Position numbers and translations under genes: made by a program
Notes under the pieces: generated by a model
Database searches by the model: none
What the model was told of the DNA's origin: nothing
Seen by the model: only the letters and a program-made list of their open reading frames with translations
In this document: positions 24,129 through 31,962 of the stretch, in pieces
How the letters are laid out: each line of letters begins with the position of its first letter
Position numbering within the stretch: position 1 is the first letter of the stretch
Assembly: GCA_046293175.1 (NCBI GenBank)
Contig: JBKBPM010000002.1
Location: forward strand, 224,428-256,502
DNA: 32,075 nt
From: Minisyncoccia bacterium
GTDB lineage: Bacteria > Patescibacteriota > Minisyncoccia > Phycocordibacterales > UBA918
Reading direction: 5' to 3'

Positions 24129-24199
24129 CGGGGTGTAGCATAGTGGTAGTGTGTGCCCATGGGGTGGGTACGGCCCGGGTTCGATTCCCGGCATCCCGA
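24129..24199 (+). tRNA. tRNA-Pro (anticodon GGG)
   Basis: Hand fold: acceptor CGGGGTG/CATCCCG (7 bp, one G-U), D arm gcat/gtgt, anticodon stem tgccc/gggta with loop ATGGGGT (GGG, G37), variable region cggc, T arm ccggg-ttcgatt-cccgg, discriminator A. CCA is not encoded. Confidence 0.9.
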
Positions 24200-24219
24200 C
24201 TTCCATTTTTCCAAAGTTC

Positions 24220-24412
24220 TGCTATAGTATGCCTTGTCAGGCTAAAGACAGTTGGTGGGGACGGGTCACGTCTCTCTAATGCCGGGTAGCCGCCCGTGCG
24301 CCAGCCGAGGTCCAATCTATTTCTCTCTGTGAGACTTGTTGGGGTCGAAATTGCCTCACTGCCTCTGTGCAGTTGTGGCCTGATACTTACAAACATCGTA
24401 ATCCATACTATT
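24220..24412 (+). promoter_or_regulatory. rplJ promoter (TGcTATAGT, 24220-24228) plus ~180-nt untranslated leader (candidate L10 autoregulatory leader)
   Basis: An extended -10 lies directly after the tRNA-Pro gene and is followed by a long GC-rich structured leader before the GTG at 24413. The regulatory role is inferred from known L10(L12)4 feedback in other bacteria. Confidence 0.35.
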
Positions 24413-24892
24413 GTGGCAATTACAAAATCAAAGAAGGTAGAAATTCTCAGTCGCTTAAACGACATCAAGGGAAGTTCAGAAGCTATCGTGTTCATTCACT
24501 TCAAAGGTCTTAACCTCGCTGATATGACAGCGATGCGAAAGGCACTTCGTGAAGCGGGCGTTGGCTTCTTTGTAGCGAAGAAGACCCTCATGGAGCGTGT
24601 CTTTACTGGCTACGAAGGAACTCAGCCAAAGCTTGATGGAGAAATTGCGGTCGCCTACAGTGCTGACCCAATGACTCCAGCTCAGAACATGAAGGAGTTC
24701 GCAACCAAGTTCAAGGATAAGGTCGCAATCGTTGGTGGTATCTTCCAAGGTACGTTCAAGAATCAGGCAGAAATGACTGCGATTGCTTCTATCCCAGGAC
24801 TCGATGTTCTCCGTGGTATGTTTGCGCAGCTTATCAACTCTCCACGTCAGCGTTTTGCGGTGGTCTTGAGTGAGGTAGCAAAAACCAAGTAG
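24413..24892 (+). CDS. rplJ: 50S ribosomal protein L10
   Basis: (M)AITKSKKVEILSRLNDIKGSSEAIVFIHFKGLNLADMTAMRKALREAGVGFFVAKKTL is a typical L10 N-terminus. GTG 24413 gives 159 aa. The listed start at 24296 would add 39 non-homologous residues. Confidence 0.88.
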   Translation: MAITKSKKVEILSRLNDIKGSSEAIVFIHFKGLNLADMTAMRKALREAGVGFFVAKKTLMERVFTGYEGTQPKLDGEIAVAYSADPMTPAQNMKEFATKFKDKVAIVGGIFQGTFKNQAEMTAIASIPGLDVLRGMFAQLINSPRQRFAVVLSEVAKTK

Positions 24893-24922
24893 TTACTCTT
24901 ATTAAAACGTTATATTTATTTT

Positions 24923-25285
24923 ATGACACACGAACAAATCATCGAAGCAGTTGAAAAAATGACTGTGCTCGAACTCAACGACCTCGTAAAGGCGATTGAA
25001 GAGAAGTGGGGTGTATCTGCAGCGGCTGTTGCTGTAGCTGCTGGTCCTGCTGCCGCTTCAGGTGCTGAAGAACAGAGTGAATTCACTGTTGAACTTTCAG
25101 ATGCTGGTGCCCAGAAGATTGCAGTTATCAAGGTAGTAAAGGAAGTCCTCGGTCTTGGTCTCAAGGAAGCGAAGGATATGGTAGACGCTGCTCCTTCTGT
25201 GGTTAAGGAAAACATGAAGAAGGAAGATGCTGAAGCCCTTAAGGCTAAATTGGAAGAGGCTGGTGCGAAAGTTACACTTAAGTAA
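24923..25285 (+). CDS. rplL: 50S ribosomal protein L7/L12
   Basis: The N-terminal dimerisation helix, an Ala-rich hinge ([18 protein letters not shown]), and the C-terminal domain [24 protein letters not shown]...[18 protein letters not shown]. Confidence 0.93.
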   Translation: MTHEQIIEAVEKMTVLELNDLVKAIEEKWGVSAAAVAVAAGPAAASGAEEQSEFTVELSDAGAQKIAVIKVVKEVLGLGLKEAKDMVDAAPSVVKENMKKEDAEALKAKLEEAGAKVTLK

Positions 25286-25295
25286 ATTTTCCGGC

Positions 25296-25330
25296 AATAA
25301 AAACCGCTCGCTATGCGAGCGGTTTTTATT
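25296..25330 (+). terminator. Intrinsic terminator of rplJL
   Basis: aataaaaaccgctcgc (25296-25311), loop tat, gcgagcggtttttatt (25315-25330). Confidence 0.8.
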
Positions 25331-25541
25331 GTGAAAATTTAAGTGTAACTTTCGCATCAGAGCCGCAGCGATACGAGTCGCTTCGCCAAGCGACGAGGCA
25401 GCGAGGCAGGCTCGACAGCACTTGTCTAAAATAGAAACGCAGTGAACTATTTTAGCTAGTGACTGGTGAGGGGCAAAAGTTAAAATCAATAAGTGATATT
25501 TTACGAAAAAATCCACCGTCCTGCGGTACAATAATCACCAT

Positions 25542-26192
25542 ATGGAAGACCTGACCCTGTTTCAGATGTTTATATTTGCGCTGGTAGGATATGGCAGTGT
25601 CAGAATCATTCGTCGTCGTTTTAAGAAAAAAGACGCGATACAATTACAAGAACAGGCAGCGGTCGAAGCGCCACTCGTCATTTCCTCATACCGATTTGTG
25701 ACCAACAAAGTGCAGCATGCGGTGCAGGAGGCTGTCGTACTTAGTGTGTACGGAACACTACTGGTCGTCATTTTGGGGATTCTGGTGATCGCAGCTGGGT
25801 TGGTGCCGTTTCCAGGCCTAGGCGCGCTCCTCGTTAATGCCATCACTACTGTGGTGACGATGTTCCCGCTCATGGTGCTGATTTTTTCGGTCGTAATGAT
25901 CATTGCTTCACGACGCATGACTCGCCCCATTCCGCAGTCGCTGGTGAGTAAGAAGTACTCCCTGGCCACTGACCTGTATATTGATACGGAGGGCATTGAA
26001 GGCGCCTTTGCCTTACCGTGGCAAAAGATCTATCGGTGTGAAGAGGTGAGTCCAGCGACACTCAAAATCTCGTTCTACCGTAGTCCGTACTGGCTCACAA
26101 AACTGATTGGGGCGGACACCCTGCGACTGGCTTTCACCAATCCTGACGACCTCAGACGGGTCCTCGATATGTATACACAGGTCAAGCAATAA
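25542..26192 (+). CDS. Hypothetical multi-TM membrane protein with soluble C-terminal domain
   Basis: 216 aa with hydrophobic segments at about residues 5-22, 65-90 and 95-120. TACAAT lies 7 nt upstream of the ATG, so the mRNA is probably leaderless. Confidence 0.7.
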   Translation: MEDLTLFQMFIFALVGYGSVRIIRRRFKKKDAIQLQEQAAVEAPLVISSYRFVTNKVQHAVQEAVVLSVYGTLLVVILGILVIAAGLVPFPGLGALLVNAITTVVTMFPLMVLIFSVVMIIASRRMTRPIPQSLVSKKYSLATDLYIDTEGIEGAFALPWQKIYRCEEVSPATLKISFYRSPYWLTKLIGADTLRLAFTNPDDLRRVLDMYTQVKQ

Positions 26193-26272
26193 CGTTCGGT
26201 AGCAAGTGCGTCAGAATGCACTTTTTCTGTAGTTTGTAGTATGATTACTGCAGTTTGCAATAGGTGGGTGAC

Positions 26273-26536
26273 ATGAGCCAAGAGCTATATATTGCAGCTG
26301 AAGCTGCATGGGAGACGTACAAAAGCAGTGATGAGGTGGCGGGCCCGCTACTTGAGGCATGGCTTGCGGCCGAAATAGCGTACGTGACCACGGTGACCAC
26401 GGTGATTACAACTCAAATCAATGAGGCACCGAAAACTGAGGTCGAAAAAACGTTCGTCGTCAGAACAGCTCAGGTGTACCGAGCTGTCAGGCAAGATGCC
26501 TGGCGGGCAGCCCGTACGCCGAAGGGCGATAGTTAG
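26273..26536 (+). CDS. Hypothetical small protein (87 aa)
   Basis: GGTGG (26263-26267) lies 5 nt before ATG 26273 (the listed GTG is at 26264). No recognisable domain. Confidence 0.55.
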   Translation: MSQELYIAAEAAWETYKSSDEVAGPLLEAWLAAEIAYVTTVTTVITTQINEAPKTEVEKTFVVRTAQVYRAVRQDAWRAARTPKGDS

Positions 26537-26718
26537 GCGGCGTGATAGGAGGTTCTTTGACGCCGCATATCAGTATGCGGCGTTCGCTTAATCACTATTA
26601 GCAAAAGACCATAATCTACCAAGGACCGGCCACTATTTTCCTCGTATCCGCATCACCCTCGCCCGACCGTCAAGACTGTGAGTAAAGGAATCGGTGGTAA
26701 AATAGTCCTATTACTGCT

Positions 26719-27354
26719 ATGGCTGACCCACTGTCAATCTTGTTTGGAAGTACGGCGCGCGTAAAATTGCTTCGCTTTTTCCTATTTAACCCGTCTCGGG
26801 AATTCACCTTTGATGATATTAGTCGCCGGGCGCGTTTGCCACGTCGGACAGCACGCACTGAGCTTAATGCGCTCGAGAAGGCCGGGGTAACGGTCAGACG
26901 CAGTATGTCGGTGGCGATTGATGGCAAGACGAAGAAGATGAAAGTACTTGGCTATACGCTCAACAAAGACTTTGGTGAACTGGCTGCGCTCCAGACATTC
27001 TTATTTGAGACTGCGCCAATCGATGGTAAGAACCTTCTAGGTCACTTGCGCAAGGCGGGGACACTCGACTTTGTCGCCATCGCCGGTGTCTTTGTGCGTG
27101 AGTTTGAACAACAGCTTGATGTGCTTATTGCGATGAAGAAGCCATCACAAGCGAAAATCGAGACGGCTATCCGAGCGCTTGAAGCCGAGATTGGTATGGA
27201 GATCCGTTTTGCCTTGATGACGAGTGAGAACCTCCTCTACCGGGTCGGGATGAACGACAAGCTCACCCGCGATCTCTTTGACTACAAACACATCATTCTC
27301 GTCGACCGGATTGGTATTAGGAACGAGCTTCATCGCGGCGCCTATATGAGCTAG
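26719..27354 (+). CDS. Hypothetical protein with N-terminal winged-helix (ArsR/MarR-like) domain
   Basis: STARVKLLRFFLFNPSREFTFDDISRRARLPRRTARTELNALEKAGVTVRR is followed by an uncharacterised C-terminal domain. TGgTAAAAT (26695-26703) lies 15 nt upstream of the ATG. Confidence 0.7.
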   Translation: MADPLSILFGSTARVKLLRFFLFNPSREFTFDDISRRARLPRRTARTELNALEKAGVTVRRSMSVAIDGKTKKMKVLGYTLNKDFGELAALQTFLFETAPIDGKNLLGHLRKAGTLDFVAIAGVFVREFEQQLDVLIAMKKPSQAKIETAIRALEAEIGMEIRFALMTSENLLYRVGMNDKLTRDLFDYKHIILVDRIGIRNELHRGAYMS

Positions 27355-27368
27355 AAAGACAGAGCCAT

Positions 27369-27396
27369 AAACCGGCCTTCTAGTGGCCGGTTTTTG
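27369..27396 (+). terminator. Intrinsic terminator
   Basis: aaccggcc (27370-27377), loop ttctagt, ggccggtt (27385-27392), with the T-run running to 27395. Confidence 0.75.
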
Positions 27397-27500
27397 CTTA
27401 TTTTGACTTAGAGTAACTGATTTTTCTGATAGATACAGCCTTATATTTGGGTGGGGAAATCGTGGGGATAAAAGTATGGGTAAATATCCCGAATAAGTGC

Positions 27501-27528
27501 TTGACTTTATTTTCGATTCCTGTAAGAT
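27501..27528 (+). promoter_or_regulatory. Candidate promoter of the 23S-5S rRNA operon
   Basis: TTGACT (27501-27506), 16-nt spacer, TAAGAT (27523-27528). It is the first good promoter after the upstream terminator, about 580 nt before 23S. Confidence 0.5.
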
Positions 27529-28335
27529 AGCACCCACGTATCTATGACATTCGGAAAGAAATAACGCACCGCGCATGACTCTCGCCATAGGCGATTGACT
27601 GCCGCGGGAACGCGGATTTTTTCATCCAAATTTCACGGAGGTACGCAGTTACTTTGAAAACTGCATATTCTCGAGATACACCCTTTGATAAGGGGGTGTA
27701 TCGAAAAGTCCAATGTGTTTCGACGACACATTGGCAAGTTCCTCGTAGTTGCGGTAAGCGACACATATACGAGGAACACAGGTAGTCTGCCGGGTTAGAT
27801 CCATAGTAGTGTCTCGTAGCTGAACACTCGGGTCTTTTCGTCCCCGGCAGACAATCAAACAAACACACTCAAAGTATTGTGAGCTCCGTAGAGAGCTTCA
27901 GTTCTCAAAAAACCGATGCGCTTCCCTCGAGGGAAGTCATCACTTAGTCAGGTCCACTCTGATGGATAAGCGGATGGAGATAGTTCGCGCGAGTCCTCCA
28001 CGAGCAAAAGCTTAGTCATAGCTGCCTGACGAAAGTATTCCTTTGTCCGATTCACTCGGACTCTCTACGGAGCTTACAATACGAGTAAAATTGTACAGCG
28101 GTGTACAGCATTCCTTGCAGGAATGTAAGGGTGTATGGTGGATGCCTTGGCTTCAAGAAGCGATGAAAGACGTGATATGGCTGCGATAAGTTTCGGGGAG
28201 GTGCCAAATAACCTTCGATCCGGAAATCTCTGAATGGGGAAACCCTCCTGTCATCGGCAGGAATCTGTGTTATGCAGATGCGCACCCAGCGAAGTGAAAC
28301 ATCTCAGTAGCTGGAGGAAAAGAAAGCAATATACG

Positions 28336-28427
28336 GAACTTTCTTTCTGGACGGATGCTTAGCATCTCGTTTGGAAGTAATTCCAAACGGTGGTGCGAAA
28401 GCGCCATTACGTTCAGGAAGAAGGTTC
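28336..28427 (+). other. Structured ~100-nt expansion segment in 23S domain I
   Basis: It is inserted between the conserved GGAAAAGAAAGCAA and GATTCCCTGAGTAGCGGCGAGCGAA blocks. An 18-bp stalk (28336-28353 with 28410-27, three G-U pairs) carries three hairpins: 28354-28366 (UUA loop), 28370-28387 (GUAA loop) and 28391-28406 (GAAA loop). Confidence 0.6.
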
Positions 28428-28430
28428 TTG

Positions 28431-28475
<45 letters not shown>

Positions 28476-28699
28476 ATCGTGTTTACATGATTGGGGTTGT
28501 AGGGCGGAGTTGGCATTTAGTTGCAATGAGTTACAAATACTATGTATAGGAAAATGTGTTGGAAAGCACGACCCCAGAAGGTAATAGTCCTGTATTCGAA
28601 ATGCATAGTACTCATCTGATTCCGTTCCTGAGTAGTTCGAGACACGAATAGCTCGGATGAATCTACCAGAACTAACTGGTAAGGCTAAATATTCTTGGA

Positions 28700-28745
<46 letters not shown>

Positions 28746-30183
28746 GGAGAGGGGAGTGAAATAGAACTGAATCCATACACCTACAAGGAGTCGGAGCCCG
28801 CAAGGGTGACGGCGTGCCTATTGAAGAATGAGCCGGCGAGTGTACCTTTATCCTTTGTCTAAGTGGCAATCCCACGGAGGCGTAGTGAAAGCGAGCGTGA
28901 ATAGCGCGACAATTGAGGGTAGGGGTACGACCCGAAGCGTGATGAGCTTACCATGAGCAGGATGAAGCGCATGTAAAAGTGCGTGGAGGTCCGAACCGGT
29001 TAGCCGTTCAAAACTATCGGATGACTTGTGGTAAGGAGTGAAAAGCTTATCGAATTACGTAATAGCTGGTTCTCTCCGAAACAGCTTTTGGGTTGGCGTC
29101 GTGTGGTCCCTCTGGGGGTAGAGCACTGGAAGGAAAAGACAGGGAGAAATCTCGCTTTTCCTATCAAACTCCGAATACCAGCAGGTAACAGCACGGCAGT
29201 TAGACAGTGGGGGAGAAGCTCCATGTGTCAAAAGGGAAACAGCCCAGATCGCCAGTTAAGGTCCCTAAATATATGCTCAGTGCAACTTGAGGAGGTGAGG
29301 ATTCACTAACAATCAGGAAGTTGGCTTAGAAGCAGCCATCTTTTAAAGAAAGCGTAACAGCTCACTGATCGAGAGTCCTTGCGCCGAAGATGATCGGGGC
29401 TCAAGCATATTACCGAAACTGCGGATTTCCATGATTTATCATGGGAGTGGTAGGAGAGCGTTCGTATTGCGATGAATGGGAAGCGAGAGCTGACCTGGAG
29501 CGATGCGAAGTGAGAATGCCGGCACAAGTAACCGCAAGACGGGTGGGAACCCCGTCCGCCGAAATACCAAGGTTTCCTTTGCGATGGTGATCAGCGAAGG
29601 GTTAGTCGGTCCTAAGGGAATCCCGAATGGGGGACTCGATGGGGAGCAGGTTAATATTCCTGCACACTAGTGCGTTGCGATGGAGGGACGGAGGGTTGTA
29701 CTTGACGCGGCTTATTGGATTGCCGTAGGAGGTTCGAGGAGGTCACGTAGGCAAATCCGCGTGGCAATACTCCGAGTTCAAACTAAAGGTGAGGCTTCGG
29801 CCGATCTGATGTCAAGGAGCACGCTTCCGAGAAAAACTTCTAAGCATAAACGTACCGGTTCCGTACCGCAAACCGACACAGGTGGTAGAGTCGAGAAGAC
29901 TAAGGCGAACGAGTGAGAGGTCCTCAAGGAACTCGGCAAACAAGCGGCCGTAACTTAGGGATAAGGCCTGCCTTTACAGAGATGTAGAGGCCGCAGCGAA
30001 AGATTTCCTGCCGACTGTTTATCAAAAACACAGCTCTCTGCGAAGACGTAAGTCCATGTATAGAGGGTGACGCCTGACCTATGCTGGAAGGTTAAATACG
30101 GGGGGTCGTATGGTCTTCGGATTGTGCGGCTGGACTGTATAAGCCCCAGTAAATGTCAGCGATAACTATAATCGTTCTAAGGT

Positions 30184-30408
30184 CGTGCTTCTTTGAGTCA
30201 ATCAAGGAAGTACGACGGATTGGAACGGTTATAGGATAAACAGCCTAGCCATAGTTACCTTACATACAGAAATGTATGCATTATCCAAATCTAGCCTACA
30301 AGAGACCAAATGCTAGAGATCTGACCAGCAATTTATTGGCTGAAGATCAAGATAGAGTCCTGCAGTGAAATGCTTCAATCAGTAATGATTGGGGAGAAGG
30401 GAATGTAG
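30184..30408 (+). mobile_element. Group I-like intron, ORF-less, in 23S rRNA (E. coli ~1931 site)
   Basis: 225 nt interrupt the universal CCUAAGGU|AGCG.A.UUCCUUGUCGGGUAAGUUCCGAC block. The 5' exon ends in U and the insert ends in G. R-like AAGAGACCAAA (30300-30310) and S-like AAGATAGAGTCC (30349-30360) can form a P7 with a bulged A. There is also a GAAA-capped hairpin (30263-30278) and a P8-like hairpin (30318-30348). Confidence 0.65.
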
Positions 30409-31050
30409 AGCGTATTTCCTTGTCGGGTAAGTTCCGACGTGCACGAATGGCGTAACGAGTGGGAAACTGTCTCGAGGACCTGCTCGGTGAAAATACAATC
30501 GCGGTAAAGATGCCGCGTACCTGCAGATAGACGAAAAGACCCCAGGTGCTTTACTGTAGCTTCGTATTGGGGCTATTGAATTAATGCGTAGTATAGGTGT
30601 GAGGCTTTGAAGTGGGCTTTCGGGTACCATGGAGCCGCCAGTGAAATAGCACCCTTTAATTTGGTAGTCTCTAACCCGACTTGTAAAACGTGTCAGGAAC
30701 AGTGCGTGGCAGGCAGTTTTAGTGGGGCGCTACCCTCCCAAAAAGTAACGGAGGGGTCTCAAGGTTGGTTAGCCGCGAATGGAAACCGTGGCGATAGTGT
30801 AATGGCATAAACCAGCTTGACTGTAAGAGGTAGATCTCGAACAGACACGAAAGTGGAGCATAGTGAACCGATGGCTCGCGTTAGATGCGGCCGGAGATTA
30901 CCCGATAAAAGTAACCCTGGGGATAACAGGCTAGTCGTGCCCAAGCGTCCATAGCGACGGCACGGTTCGGCACCTCGATGTCGGCTCGACTTATCCTGGG
31001 GCTGGAGCAGGTCCCAAGGGTTTGGCTGTTCGCCAATTAAAAAGTCACGC

Positions 31051-31084
<34 letters not shown>

Positions 31085-31210
31085 CTCCTATCTACTGCAG
31101 GCGTCGAAACTTGAAGAGATTTGTCCCTAGTACGAGAGGACCGGGATGAACTGACCTCTGGTCTATCGGCTGTTCCGCCAGGAGCACCGCCGAGTAGCTA
31201 TGTTGGGAAT

Positions 31211-31243
<33 letters not shown>

Positions 31244-31466
31244 AACTCTAAGATTAGGTTTCATTAAGTCCCCTGAGAGATGATCAGGTTGATAGGCACT
31301 AAGTGGAAGTACAGTAATGTATGGAGCTGAGGTGTACTAATAGGACGTATTTCCTGCAAGGAATGTTGCACATCTACTGTACGATTTTACAAAGAGTATG
31401 TTTGTTTGAAAAACGAGAATATGCACATTGAATATCGTGAAGTGATTTCAAAATCACACACATAAT

Positions 31467-31540
31467 GAGGTTGTAGCTCAGTTAGGTAGAGCAGCCGCTT
31501 GTTAGCGGAAGGTCGAAGGTGTCCTAGCCTTCCAACTCCT
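31467..31540 (+). tRNA. tRNA-like element (Asn-GUU-like anticodon region) with non-canonical loops; possibly a pseudo-tRNA
   Basis: The D arm is perfect (GTAGCTCAGTTAGGTAGAGCA) and the acceptor stem is gaggttg/caactcc (A2-C71 mismatch, G3-U70). However, the anticodon stem is only 4 bp with a 6-nt loop (ttgtta), and the T loop has 8 nt (tgtcctag) without the TTC motif. Confidence 0.4.
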
Positions 31541-31555
31541 CTTGTTGTACAGAGT

Positions 31556-31634
31556 CGGAGCGTAGCTCAGTCCGGTAGAGCATTGGATTGAAAATCCAAA
31601 GGTCGCAGGTTCAAATCCTGCCGCTTTCCGACCA
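31556..31634 (+). tRNA. tRNA-Phe (anticodon GAA) with a 2-nt bulge in the 3' acceptor strand; CCA encoded
   Basis: The D arm, anticodon arm (ttgga-TTGAAAA-tccaa), variable loop aggtc and T arm (gcagg-ttcaaat-cctgc) are canonical. The acceptor cggagcg pairs with cgcT[TT]CCG only if two U are bulged. A73 and CCA then follow in register. Confidence 0.6.
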
Positions 31635-31638
31635 GTGC

Positions 31639-31713
31639 TAGGGCGTAGCTTAGTGGTAGAGCAAGGGATTCCAAATCCCCATGTCCTCGGTTCGAATCCA
31701 AGCGCCCCAGCCA
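31639..31713 (+). tRNA. tRNA-Trp (anticodon CCA), CCA end encoded, three A-C mismatches in stems
   Basis: The anticodon loop is TTCCAAA and the T loop is ttcgaat. The discriminator G and CCA sit at 31710-31713. There are A-C oppositions at 2:71, 27:43 and 51:63 in my hand fold. Confidence 0.7.
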
Positions 31714-31785
31714 ACCCCTCCTCGTTGGGTAAACGAGGATCACTTCACGGTATTCAAGTCAAAGTTGATTGCAGATTGAAAATTT

Positions 31786-31898
31786 AATGTTGGTGCTTTA
31801 GCGGGAGGGGTACACCCGTTCTCATTCCGAACACGGCAGTTAAGGCTCCCATCGCCGAAGGTACTCCGCAAGGGGCAGAATAGGTAGGCGCCAACATT
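31786..31898 (+). rRNA. rrf: 5S ribosomal RNA
   Basis: Helix I is gttggtgc (31789-31796) with gcgccaac (31888-31895). It contains CCGAACACGGCAGTTAAG and GGTACTCCGCAAGGGG-type loop C/E regions. The gene is embedded in a ~23-bp extended processing stem (gattgaaaatttaatg... / ...cattaagttttcaatc). Confidence 0.88.
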
Positions 31899-31928
31899 AA
31901 GTTTTCAATCAACTCCGAATATCTCAAT

Positions 31929-31962
31929 AAAAGACCCCCTTATATAAGGGGGTCTTTTATTA
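31929..31962 (+). terminator. Intrinsic terminator of the rRNA operon
   Basis: aaaagaccccc (31929-31939), loop ttatataa, gggggtctttt (31948-31958), then attat. Confidence 0.75.

Noticed and set aside
24124-24495. 123-aa minus-strand ORF, and the listed rplJ start at 24296
   Set aside because: The minus-strand ORF overlaps tRNA-Pro and the rplJ leader. The 24296 start would add 39 non-homologous residues, whereas L10 homology begins at the GTG at 24413.
25097-25531. 144-aa minus-strand ORF
   Set aside because: It is antisense to rplL and spans its terminator and inverted repeat. No signals.
26537-26590. Three mutually exclusive pairing segments (GCGGCGT 26537-26543 / ACGCCGC 26560-26566 / GCGGCGT 26577-26583) resembling an attenuator
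   Set aside because: It lies at the 3' end of a gene rather than in a leader, and the terminator arm has only a weak T tail. It is most simply a terminator hairpin with a fortuitous upstream complement.
27145-27588. 147-aa minus-strand ORF
   Set aside because: It is antisense to the 3' end of CDS 26719..27354 and runs across its terminator and the rRNA promoter.
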